Below, piece after piece: positions 8,710-16,593 of a stretch of 64,000 nt of DNA. The position numbers were made by a program, and so were the translations under genes. Under the pieces are notes generated by a model, which did not search any database, was not told the DNA's origin, and was given only the letters and a program-made list of their open reading frames with translations. Every line of letters starts with the position of its first letter. The first letter of the stretch is position 1. This DNA is from a virus, in IMG/VR virus record IMGVR_UViG_3300038701_001470, positions 1,970-65,969 of that record. The stretch is one strand, 5' to 3'.

Positions 8710-9968
8710 TTTGGCGCTCGCATCGGCATGATGATGTATTCAGCATCATCGTTCTGAAATCGCGCTGGACGATCGTGATTGGCATAGCAGAAGGTATCCA
8801 AGCCCCATTTGAGAGGCGTCTCGACAAACTTCGCCGACAGTCGAACCGTTCCAATCTCCTCTTTGCTTCGGGAGCGGAAGAACGGGATCTCGAAGTGCGC
8901 TTCGTCACGCGATACGTGAATGGATTCCGGGCGCAATTCCATGACGAGAGTATCAAGGGCGTTGCCTTCGATTTTCGGAAGGGCTCTGATTCCTTCGAGA
9001 AGGGCTTTGGGGTCGAATTTCCCGATGATCTTGAACTCGTGATCCTCGAGCATAATCTGACGGAAGTTCGGATAGTTCCCTTCCAGAAGTTTCGTCACGA
9101 ACATGAAGTCACCGGAGGTCACAGCGACGAGCTCTTTCTGAATCGGCTCAGCGTTTTTGCCTTTTCCTTCGACGGGAGGCGCGTAGCCAATCCGCCAGGG
9201 CTTCGACTGAAACGTGCGGTTCGTGATCGCTTTCGTGAGAGGAAAGATGATGCTTTCTTCGAGCACGGGAACGTCAGAGTAGGAATAGGCCAATCGACGG
9301 CCATCAGTCGCGACAATGACTGGATCATGGCCCGAGTGGGTTTCCTTGCTATCCCCCCAACCGCTCGTGTAGGTGCCGTTCTCGATGTAGACACCGTTCA
9401 GGACGTAGCGGGTTTCATCCGTGGAAGCAGCTTCGCAGAATTGAACGAATCGCTTCTTAGATGCTTCGGTGAACGGTTGCCATCTCATGTCGCAGCTGAG
9501 TGTCATGAGGGTTTCAACGTAGTCGTTGTGATCGAGAGTGGAGACTTCTCGATCGACGACGACGCCACCCTTGCACTCGTAGTGCATCGCGACGGTGTGA
9601 TGCTGAACGTATTCGGTTTCATCGTCGTCGCTTTCCTTCTCATGCTGAGTGACGGTGTGAACGAACTCGATTTCGCCGATCGCCTTTTTCGCGGCTTCTT
9701 CGATGGTATCCATCGGAACGAGAAAGGTGTCGTTCTCGCGCTCCCAGGCTGAGGTTTGGATGCGACGGCCAAGCTCTGACGTAGCAGGTGCGACGGAACC
9801 GGGAACGGTGTAGGTAAGCTGTCGATCCAGATCGTTCGCAGTGATGCGAGTGACGCCATTGTGACGCCGGATCAGAAGGGATTCGAGAGCCCTGAATGTA
9901 GACTTTCGCGGGGCAATCGTCTTGAGAACAGGGATTGCTTTCTTGAGTTGTGAAGATTCGATTTTCAT
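8703..9968 (-). CDS. DNA polymerase III beta sliding clamp homologue
   Basis: ASTDETRYVLNGVYIE, VATDGRRLA, KLLEGNYPNFRQI, YIIMPMR closely follow DnaN motifs. Confidence 0.85.
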   Translation of the reverse strand: MKIESSQLKKAIPVLKTIAPRKSTFRALESLLIRRHNGVTRITANDLDRQLTYTVPGSVAPATSELGRRIQTSAWERENDTFLVPMDTIEEAAKKAIGEIEFVHTVTQHEKESDDDETEYVQHHTVAMHYECKGGVVVDREVSTLDHNDYVETLMTLSCDMRWQPFTEASKKRFVQFCEAASTDETRYVLNGVYIENGTYTSGWGDSKETHSGHDPVIVATDGRRLAYSYSDVPVLEESIIFPLTKAITNRTFQSKPWRIGYAPPVEGKGKNAEPIQKELVAVTSGDFMFVTKLLEGNYPNFRQIMLEDHEFKIIGKFDPKALLEGIRALPKIEGNALDTLVMELRPESIHVSRDEAHFEIPFFRSRSKEEIGTVRLSAKFVETPLKWGLDTFCYANHDRPARFQNDDAEYIIMPMRAPNE

Positions 9969-9985
9969 GAGTTTGTGAGAGTGAT

Positions 9986-10001
9986 TTCCTTACGTAAGGA
10001 A
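9986..10001. repeat. dispersed palindrome copy
   Basis: TTCCTTACGTAAGGAA. Confidence 0.95.
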
Positions 10002-10025
10002 AATCGACGGACGGGCCTTGAAATG

Positions 10026-10070
10026 AAAAAAAAAGAGAGAAGCGAGCGCCGGAATTGCCGGCGCTCACTC
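10026..10070 (-). terminator. intrinsic terminator
   Basis: GAGCGCCGG-AATTG-CCGGCGCTC with A9 tract. Confidence 0.7.
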
Positions 10071-10090
10071 CGCTATGATTACGCTGCGAA

Positions 10091-11014
10091 TTATGCAGCC
10101 TTGAGTTTGGTGATTGCGGGCGAACCAGCTTCCCCGAGAGAGTCGCCAACCATCATCGTCAGATCGGTCAAACGCTTGTAAACGTCGGTGATGTCGGCAT
10201 CTTCCGGAAGCGAAGCGATCGCCATTTCAAGATCGGTGATTTTGCTCAGGATCTCGCCAGTATCGGCAACGTCGGAAGTCGGCGCCGTTTCGGTTTCCTC
10301 AGTGACTTCGGGAGTCGTCTCAGGATCGGTTTCCTGCTCAGGCTCAGGATCGGTCTCAGTCTCAGTGACTTCGGGAGTCGGCTCAGGAGTCGGATCGGGA
10401 GTCGGCTCAGTATCGCCATCGCCGGAGTCGTCAGAACTGACTACCGGATCGGTTTCGGTTTCCTCGGAGCCCTTGTTCGCAGCGAGAGCGGCGGCATCGG
10501 CCTCAGTTTGCTTGCGGTTTTCCTCAGCGATCCGGGTCTGCTCAGTGGCATAATCCTCGGCGAGCATATCGTGATTTGCCATCGATTCGATGTCATCGGC
10601 AATCGACTTCGATTCCTTGATGATCATGGCGATAGTCTCAGCGGACTGGACATGCTCAGGCTTTTTGTTCTGCTTTCCGAGAGCGAACTTGATAGCGACG
10701 CACGCTTTGAACGTGAGTTTGTTGTAGTACTGGCTTTCCGTGATCAGGCCAGGGATGAGAAGCGACTCAACCGCATGAGCGGCATACTCGCCGTTTGAAA
10801 TCTGGCCTTCATTCAGGCCAGCGGCTCGAAGAATTTGCCCGATGGACTTTTCCCCGCGTTTCGCGATCTCGACGAAGTGACGGATCAGGCCCATTTCGAG
10901 AAAGATTTTCTTCTCGGCTTTTGCCTTTTCTCCGATCAGCTTAATCCGATCAGCTTGTTTCATGGACTCGACTTCTTTGAGAGAGACGAGAGATTGCGTA
11001 TTTGTCTTTTTCAT
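10091..11014 (-). CDS. hypothetical protein with acidic Pro/Glu/Thr-rich linker
   Basis: Start moved to ATG 11014 (downstream of promoter-like element); TEPTPDPTPEPTPEVTETETDPEPE low-complexity tract. Confidence 0.7.
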   Translation of the reverse strand: MKKTNTQSLVSLKEVESMKQADRIKLIGEKAKAEKKIFLEMGLIRHFVEIAKRGEKSIGQILRAAGLNEGQISNGEYAAHAVESLLIPGLITESQYYNKLTFKACVAIKFALGKQNKKPEHVQSAETIAMIIKESKSIADDIESMANHDMLAEDYATEQTRIAEENRKQTEADAAALAANKGSEETETDPVVSSDDSGDGDTEPTPDPTPEPTPEVTETETDPEPEQETDPETTPEVTEETETAPTSDVADTGEILSKITDLEMAIASLPEDADITDVYKRLTDLTMMVGDSLGEAGSPAITKLKAA

Positions 11015-11070
11015 AGGTTTGTTTTCAGTTAGAAGATTGAGCGTTACCTGCTCACTTATTACCGAACGGC

Positions 11071-11084
11071 GGTTCAATTATTCG
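11071..11084 (-). promoter_or_regulatory. conserved early-region element CGAATAATTGAACC
   Basis: Exact 14-mer, followed by N5-TCGGTAATAA. Confidence 0.6.
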
Positions 11085-11103
11085 ATACCGTTCAGAAGTT
11101 TTT

Positions 11104-11119
11104 TTCCTTACGTAAGGAA
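11104..11119. repeat. dispersed palindrome copy
   Basis: TTCCTTACGTAAGGAA. Confidence 0.95.
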
Positions 11120-11143
11120 TCGGACGGGATTCCGTCAGGACAC

Positions 11144-11170
11144 AAAAAAACCGCGACTTTCGCCGCGGTT
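11144..11170 (-). terminator. intrinsic terminator
   Basis: AACCGCG/CGCGGTT stem with A7 tract. Confidence 0.7.
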
Positions 11171-11190
11171 GATTCGATGAAATTTTAGAT

Positions 11191-12051
11191 TCACTTGCCA
11201 GCGTAGCGAGCCAGCAATTTTTCCCCTTTCGCGATGTACTCGAGAAAGGCGGTTTTCTTCATTGATCTTGTGGACTTGTTCAGAATCCACTTAGGCGGAT
11301 TTCCTTTTTCGTCGCATAGCTCATTCCATCCGGAATATTCGCCAGTTTCAAGGGCTAGAGCAAGATCAAGATAGGCGGAATGATTCGCCTTTACGGATTT
11401 CCATTTTCGTTTTCCAGCGTCTTTTTCGACATTGGAAACCGCTTCAATGCACCGTTGAAAATGGCGGTATCGTCTCGCGATGTACCGCTTGCGACCGTGG
11501 GAAATTTCTTCATTCTCGCGAGTCGCGAAAATGTTAAAATCAATGTCCCTTGGAACGTCTCGCCCTTTTTCAATGCGGTTCAAATTCAATCCGCGAATTG
11601 ATCGCGTTTCATTGAAAACCGTATTTTCTCCAGTCGTGACGTAATCGCCATTTTCACCGATAGCGATGGAAAATTTTTCCTCGCTACCTTGCCAGAAAAT
11701 TTCTGGCGCTTTCAATTTTTCAAAGGGTACCGCTTGCGATTCGATGAACTCAAAAGCATTGCACGAAACAAGCTTTTCAGTCACTAGGCCGATAATTTCC
11801 TCGCAATCCACTTGCGACAAGTCGCGATAGGTGGCGTGATTCGATTTCGGATATTGAATCGATTTGATAACCTTTCCCGCCGTCACTGCGATAAAAGCAA
11901 TTTCGAGCGGTACGGAATTGAATCCGTCATTGTTTGGTTGAGCGTACGAATTGAGATAATTCAAAATCGCACGATTCGAGTTTTTCAGCTTGGAAAGCTG
12001 AACTGTCTTGGCTTGGAATGATTGCGTAATCATAGGACTAGAATAAACCAC
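11191..12051 (-). CDS. hypothetical protein, visibly more AT-rich than neighbours
   Basis: 286-aa ORF flanked by a terminator and the conserved promoter-like element. Confidence 0.7.
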   Translation of the reverse strand: MVYSSPMITQSFQAKTVQLSKLKNSNRAILNYLNSYAQPNNDGFNSVPLEIAFIAVTAGKVIKSIQYPKSNHATYRDLSQVDCEEIIGLVTEKLVSCNAFEFIESQAVPFEKLKAPEIFWQGSEEKFSIAIGENGDYVTTGENTVFNETRSIRGLNLNRIEKGRDVPRDIDFNIFATRENEEISHGRKRYIARRYRHFQRCIEAVSNVEKDAGKRKWKSVKANHSAYLDLALALETGEYSGWNELCDEKGNPPKWILNKSTRSMKKTAFLEYIAKGEKLLARYAGK

Positions 12052-12131
12052 AAAACCGTTTTTAATTCAAGTATTGTTTACAGGGAATTGCGTTTTTCCA
12101 GTCGTTTCCTTGCCACTTTCTACCGATTAGC

Positions 12132-12145
12132 GGTTCAATTATTCG
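12132..12145 (-). promoter_or_regulatory. conserved early-region element CGAATAATTGAACC
   Basis: Exact 14-mer, followed by N5-TCGGTAGAAA. Confidence 0.6.
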
Positions 12146-12171
12146 CCACTTTCGAGAAAGTTTTTTCGCTT

Positions 12172-12187
12172 TTCCTTACGTAAGGAA
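12172..12187. repeat. dispersed palindrome copy
   Basis: TTCCTTACGTAAGGAA. Confidence 0.95.
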
Positions 12188-12217
12188 ATCACGCGACACC
12201 TTTAAACATCGGGAAAT

Positions 12218-12256
12218 CTCACAATACATAATTATCAATAATTACGTATATGTGAG
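12218..12256. repeat. AT-rich imperfect inverted repeat
   Basis: CTCACAATACATAATTAT-CA-ATAATTACGTATATGTGAG (one mismatch, one bulge). Confidence 0.7.
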
Positions 12257-12302
12257 TCTGCCGACGTTTAATTTGTGAGTGGTGAAAAGGGGGATTCCCG
12301 TC

Positions 12303-12611
12303 TCACTGATCTCGCATCAGAACGGCCCACCATCCCCGGCCTGGGCGCTCCTGAACCGTCAGAAAAAAATCTGATCGGGCCTCGATTTGGAACCGTTGCT
12401 CAAGTTCGAGCTCAGCGGCCGTCGCGTCCTCTTCCGTCTGAATGAAAATGTCGAGTGGGATCCGGACATAGCAGCCCTCGAAGTCAGGTAGATCCTCGAT
12501 CGGGACTTCTTCAATGTTGATTGGCTGGTAGTCACCGTCTGAGGCGGCCGCGAGAACGCTCACTGGAGCGTCGTCGAATATGGAGGTGATTTCTTGCTGT
12601 TTAATCTTCAT
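12303..12611 (-). CDS. hypothetical acidic protein
   Basis: Start moved to ATG 12611 (MKIKQQEI), overlapping upstream stop. Confidence 0.55.
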   Translation of the reverse strand: MKIKQQEITSIFDDAPVSVLAAASDGDYQPINIEEVPIEDLPDFEGCYVRIPLDIFIQTEEDATAAELELEQRFQIEARSDFFLTVQERPGRGWWAVLMRDQ

Positions 12612-13059
12612 ATTTGCATTCCTTCCATTCTCCATCAGCTCCCATCCGGTGCTTCCACCGGTAGGTGTTGGGATCCATGACAAGAGTTCCGTTGTCAAAG
12701 ATCGGGGAGATGTCCTCGAAGCCGATGATGTATTTCTGACCGTTCGATGAAGGGCCATTCTCCCACTCTTCTCGCGTCCAGTTCCGGGGCCAGTGGTCAA
12801 TCACTGCGATGACCTCTCTTTTCTCTTCGTCGATCGATTCGATGTAGGCTTCCTCAGAGTAGCAGTAGCTTTGATTCTCTTCACCGACGCGGCGGGCGCA
12901 TGTCGTCGATATGTTGAAGTAGCGACCAACGGCCGGCCCGGGCCATCCCCACGATTCCCAAAGCCGTTTCTGCAATTCGATTGCCTCGTCTCTCCACTTC
13001 TCATGCTCGTCTTTCTCGATCTCTTCGATGAAGCCAGGGAAGAATTCAGTTTCGCTCAT
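12601..13059 (-). CDS. hypothetical protein
   Basis: Start moved to ATG 13059 (MSETEFF), 4-nt overlap with upstream gene. Confidence 0.6.
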   Translation of the reverse strand: MSETEFFPGFIEEIEKDEHEKWRDEAIELQKRLWESWGWPGPAVGRYFNISTTCARRVGEENQSYCYSEEAYIESIDEEKREVIAVIDHWPRNWTREEWENGPSSNGQKYIIGFEDISPIFDNGTLVMDPNTYRWKHRMGADGEWKECKYED

Positions 13060-13286
13060 AGGAATGGATCGGTTTGAGGTTCGATTTTTCGGTCGGGTGG
13101 AATGACGAATCCGGAATCCGTGACAGTCGCAGTTCCGACGTTCACCACTTTGAAGTGGTATCCGCAATTCGGGCATTGGAACTCATCTCGAGCCAGTTCT
13201 ATTCCAAGTCGGGATTCGCAGAAGTCGAAAAGATTTGCCGTCTGTTCGCACTCGCCGCATGTGATTGAGCATTCTCCGTCGATCAT
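13056..13286 (-). CDS. small Zn-finger protein
   Basis: CGEC and CPNC pairs; coupled on both sides. Confidence 0.6.
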   Translation of the reverse strand: MIDGECSITCGECEQTANLFDFCESRLGIELARDEFQCPNCGYHFKVVNVGTATVTDSGFVIPPDRKIEPQTDPFL

Positions 13287-14875
13287 GATAGGAGTCGTGA
13301 GGGGTCAAGGTTGATGTGGGTTTTCGCTCGGAAAGCTCTCATTGCTTCGACCGGTTTCGCCTTCATCTCGCGAGCGACTTCCTGATGGGAATGAACCCAT
13401 CCTTTGAGTTTTCCGAATTGAGCGTTGAGAGCCAGCGTGAAGCTTCCGTTCAGTTTCAGATGGAGGTTTCCATTCCGGTAGGCTTTCATGGTAGCCCAAA
13501 GGATCCGCTCGCCCCGGTAATCGGCATAGAACTCGACGGCTTGCCCGGGCTTGTCGGTATCTTGGAAAACATGATTGTACTGATCTCCAACGAGTGTCAC
13601 GATCTCGAATCCTAGAGTCCTCGCCACAACGGATAGATCTTCAATCAGAGCGATTCCGGAAGTGTTGAGCCAAAGTTTCGAGTGGTGATCTCGAGCGTTC
13701 CACCGATCCGTGTTGAATCCGCACCATCCCATGACGATTCGATGCTGGAGCTTCACGTGGGTTGCTTCCTCACGGAAATTGTGTCGGTTCCAGTGATCGT
13801 CTTTGAAGACTTTGGAGTTCGAGACGTAGTTCTCGCAGTTCGAGACATACATCATTCGCTCGTAGACCTCGATGAGCTGCTGATCGATGAAGTCATTGGC
13901 GTTTTTGATGGCCCATATCACGACGGCATAGACGTTCTCTTTCGAGAAATCGATTTGCGTGTTCGACGATGCCTTGCGAAGCAGTTCGTCACGAGTCTTG
14001 GAAGTGAGTCGTGATGTGATCGGCGTCATGTTGTCGAAGATGCTCTTCCAGTATGCGTTCTTGAGTTCCTTGATTCTTCGTTTCAGCATTTCACGAACGT
14101 CCTTCACTGAAATCTCGAACTCTTTCAGAACTCGCGGGTGGAGACGTCCGACCTCCTGATAATTCTGTTGAAGCTGTTCCATCTCTGCGAGGTAGAGTCC
14201 GACGAGGGTTTCAACGTAGTCCTTCCCCACTGCCAGTTCGCGGAGTTTGGGGATTTTGGGAGCGTCTGGAACGGTGTCGGTGAGCTCAGGATACAGATCG
14301 GCGAAGAAGGAATCGAATCCGTCTTCTGACTCAGGGCCATCGAAGTCTATCCGGATGGCGTTCACACGGCCACGGGCTTTGCGATCTTCCGAGTCGCAGA
14401 ACCGGAACTCTCCAAGGTTGAGAGCCTGAACTCGTCTCACTTGCATCGCATCGCCGATGATTTTCGATCGAGACCAACGAACGGGAATTACAAGGTAGAG
14501 AGTTTTGCAGGATGCTTCCCTGACGAGCTTCGCAACCCAGGACTCGAACTCGCTGTATGGAGGATTGCAAAACATGACATCGACGTGTTTGTCGAAAAAG
14601 GACTGATCGTGAAAATCGGTTCCTAGAATCACGATCTCCTTACGTAAGGATTTGATCAGTCGTTGAGACTTCTCGATGGCAAAAAGATTCTCGATCTCGA
14701 ACCGATCATCGAAAGCGTCGATGACTTTGCCATTGCCGGCGCCGACATCGAGAAAGGACTCGACATTCAGGCTGATGCAGTCATTGAGAATCGCCTCGAT
14801 GATTTCCTCAGTGGTGGGATACCACTCGAAATCTTCGCCAGCTTCTTGAACTTGGGTGAGTAGTGCAGTAGTCAT
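13283..14875 (-). CDS. amino-DNA methyltransferase (DUF4942-like)
   Basis: EWYPT, FLDVGAGNG (SAM binding), NPPY catalytic motif; C-terminal AYRNGNLHLK. Confidence 0.8.
   Translation of the reverse strand: MTTALLTQVQEAGEDFEWYPTTEEIIEAILNDCISLNVESFLDVGAGNGKVIDAFDDRFEIENLFAIEKSQRLIKSLRKEIVILGTDFHDQSFFDKHVDVMFCNPPYSEFESWVAKLVREASCKTLYLVIPVRWSRSKIIGDAMQVRRVQALNLGEFRFCDSEDRKARGRVNAIRIDFDGPESEDGFDSFFADLYPELTDTVPDAPKIPKLRELAVGKDYVETLVGLYLAEMEQLQQNYQEVGRLHPRVLKEFEISVKDVREMLKRRIKELKNAYWKSIFDNMTPITSRLTSKTRDELLRKASSNTQIDFSKENVYAVVIWAIKNANDFIDQQLIEVYERMMYVSNCENYVSNSKVFKDDHWNRHNFREEATHVKLQHRIVMGWCGFNTDRWNARDHHSKLWLNTSGIALIEDLSVVARTLGFEIVTLVGDQYNHVFQDTDKPGQAVEFYADYRGERILWATMKAYRNGNLHLKLNGSFTLALNAQFGKLKGWVHSHQEVAREMKAKPVEAMRAFRAKTHINLDPSRLLS
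14637..14650. repeat. dispersed palindrome copy (inside methyltransferase CDS)
   Basis: TCCTTACGTAAGGA. Confidence 0.9.
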
Positions 14876-14915
14876 ATTTTGGGTGCGTTGATTGTCATTA
14901 CCCTTTCCGATCGAG

Positions 14916-14929
14916 GGTTCAATTATTCG
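14916..14929 (-). promoter_or_regulatory. conserved early-region element CGAATAATTGAACC
   Basis: Exact 14-mer, followed by N5-TCGG. Confidence 0.6.
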
Positions 14930-14934
14930 GAATT

Positions 14935-14950
14935 CTCCTTACGTAAGGAA
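14935..14950. repeat. dispersed palindrome copy (divergent intergenic region)
   Basis: CTCCTTACGTAAGGAA. Confidence 0.95.
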
Positions 14951-14981
14951 ATCCTCAGAGTTGACAGATCTCGTTTTTCAA

Positions 14982-15425
14982 ATGGCAAATCTCGTAATCG
15001 ACCCAACTCTCGTCATCGCTTCTTCGGGTGCGTCCACTCTCAAAAGCACGGCTGGCGAAACAATCCTCGCCGGACAACCCGTTTACAAAGCTGACGGGAG
15101 CATGTTCCTCGGAGACGCCAACGATCCCGAGAAGATCGACATCGCCGGTATCGCTCTTCACAATGCTTCTCTTGGACAACCGCTTTCGTACGTGGTTTCC
15201 GACGAAGCTCTTGAAATTGGTGCCGATGTTGGGGTGGGATTCCCTTACGTTCTCGGAGATGAGCCAGGAGACATTTCCGGAGTTGCGGATCTCGCTCCCG
15301 GTCATTTCACTGTCATGATCGGCGTGGGGCGTCCGGATAATAAGCTCCACATCAACTTTGCCAGCCCTTCCCCTCTCCGTTCTGACGAGGCAATCGGCTC
15401 AGGTGAAGATCCCGTAGCCCCCTGA
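14982..15425 (+). CDS. capsid decoration/cement-like protein
   Basis: Start moved to ATG 14982 (TTGACA-N15-ATG); AGETILAGQPVY...IAGIALH motif. Confidence 0.5.
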   Translation: MANLVIDPTLVIASSGASTLKSTAGETILAGQPVYKADGSMFLGDANDPEKIDIAGIALHNASLGQPLSYVVSDEALEIGADVGVGFPYVLGDEPGDISGVADLAPGHFTVMIGVGRPDNKLHINFASPSPLRSDEAIGSGEDPVAP

Positions 15426-15426
15426 T

Positions 15427-15442
15427 TTCCTTACGTAAGGAA
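15427..15442. repeat. dispersed palindrome copy
   Basis: TTCCTTACGTAAGGAA. Confidence 0.95.
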
Positions 15443-15496
15443 AAGTGGCTTCGGTTGACTGTGACACGCAGAGCATAGCGCACTGCGAAAGTCACC

Positions 15497-15754
15497 ATGG
15501 CAACTGATTGGGAAACCACATATCGGCACTTCACCGACACAGAACTCGCTGAGGAGATTGAAGATCTCCAGAAAAAGCGAAAGCAGTATAATTCTGCTCA
15601 GAATGTCGGGAATCACGGTTTCACCCGTGACATTCGACTGATCAACGATCAGTTCAAAGCTGCGATCAAGGTTCGTGGCGAGCGTCGTCAAAACTCAGGC
15701 CCAGGCACGGGCAAGCATGGTGTCGTGGATTACAGCGGACTCGACATCTCATGA
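15497..15754 (+). CDS. head completion/joining protein (gpW-like position)
   Basis: 85-aa helical protein upstream of portal. Confidence 0.5.
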   Translation: MATDWETTYRHFTDTELAEEIEDLQKKRKQYNSAQNVGNHGFTRDIRLINDQFKAAIKVRGERRQNSGPGTGKHGVVDYSGLDIS

Positions 15755-16593
15755 AGGGAATCACGTATCAGCAGAATGGGGCCGGTCTCTCAGGGCACGG
15801 ATTGAAGGATCTCTTCTCTTCGGTAGCCATGGCCGAAATCTTCGGGGCGGAAGCCGTCTACGATGAGAGCTGGAATAACCAGAGCATCATCCCGGCCGAA
15901 CACGCTGAAATGCTTCTGGCTTCTCAGGATGACTTCAAGCGAGCTGCGATCATTCGACGAAGAAAGAAGTTCTGGACTGGAATCCCGTTCAAAGAGCTCG
16001 CGGCCGCCCGGGAAATCTTCGACGGGATGGAGGATGGAGGATTGCTCACTCTCACCAACGTATTCCGGATCCAGCCATACCAGGTCGATAATTGGGAGAG
16101 AAAGGGCCTGATCCCGGAGGGAAGTTACTCCCGTGTCATCTCGAAGCTGTCTCAGCTCTATTGGGGAGAAGAGGAGCCCTACCGTGTCGACGGCATCGCG
16201 ATTCATGTTCGCCGCGGTGAAGTCGGAACTCCCCGGCATCGTCATCACGAGTGGATGGGAGGCGGCATCTGGAACGTCGACTTCTACAATGGCATGGTGA
16301 AAGATCTCAGGGCTGAATTTCCCGAAAAGGAAATCCGAGTTTTTTCACAGAAGAGAAATTCTCGCGATCTTTTGAGACTCGGAGAAGGGGCCGAATTGAG
16401 ATTGGGAGATGACACGCAGCTTCAACTACACTTTCGTGAGCTCGTTACGGCTGAGATTCTGATTCCGGCAAATTCAGGATTCTCGACGTGGGCGGCATAC
16501 CTGAACACAGGAACCGTTCGACTGTATCAGGCTCGTGAAGTGAAGCACATCGAACATACTGAATATCCCCCACACTTCACCGTGATTTCATGA
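15751..16593 (+). CDS. putative glycosyltransferase (GT11 fucosyltransferase-like)
   Basis: N-terminal GAGLSG, IAIHVRRGE (HVRRGD-type), RVFSQ, ANSGFSTWAAYL motifs. Confidence 0.7.
   Translation: MKGITYQQNGAGLSGHGLKDLFSSVAMAEIFGAEAVYDESWNNQSIIPAEHAEMLLASQDDFKRAAIIRRRKKFWTGIPFKELAAAREIFDGMEDGGLLTLTNVFRIQPYQVDNWERKGLIPEGSYSRVISKLSQLYWGEEEPYRVDGIAIHVRRGEVGTPRHRHHEWMGGGIWNVDFYNGMVKDLRAEFPEKEIRVFSQKRNSRDLLRLGEGAELRLGDDTQLQLHFRELVTAEILIPANSGFSTWAAYLNTGTVRLYQAREVKHIEHTEYPPHFTVIS

Noticed and set aside
6440-9968. AAA ATPase as the clamp loader for the beta-clamp homologue
   Set aside because: Its motifs and the adjacent VWA gene fit the MoxR-like clade rather than the clamp-loader clade.
7598-15442. 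Palindrome copies as a CRISPR array, integron attC sites or canonical parS
   Set aside because: Spacing is irregular and gene-sized; no cas or integrase gene; the sequence differs from the parS consensus TGTTTCACGTGAAACA.
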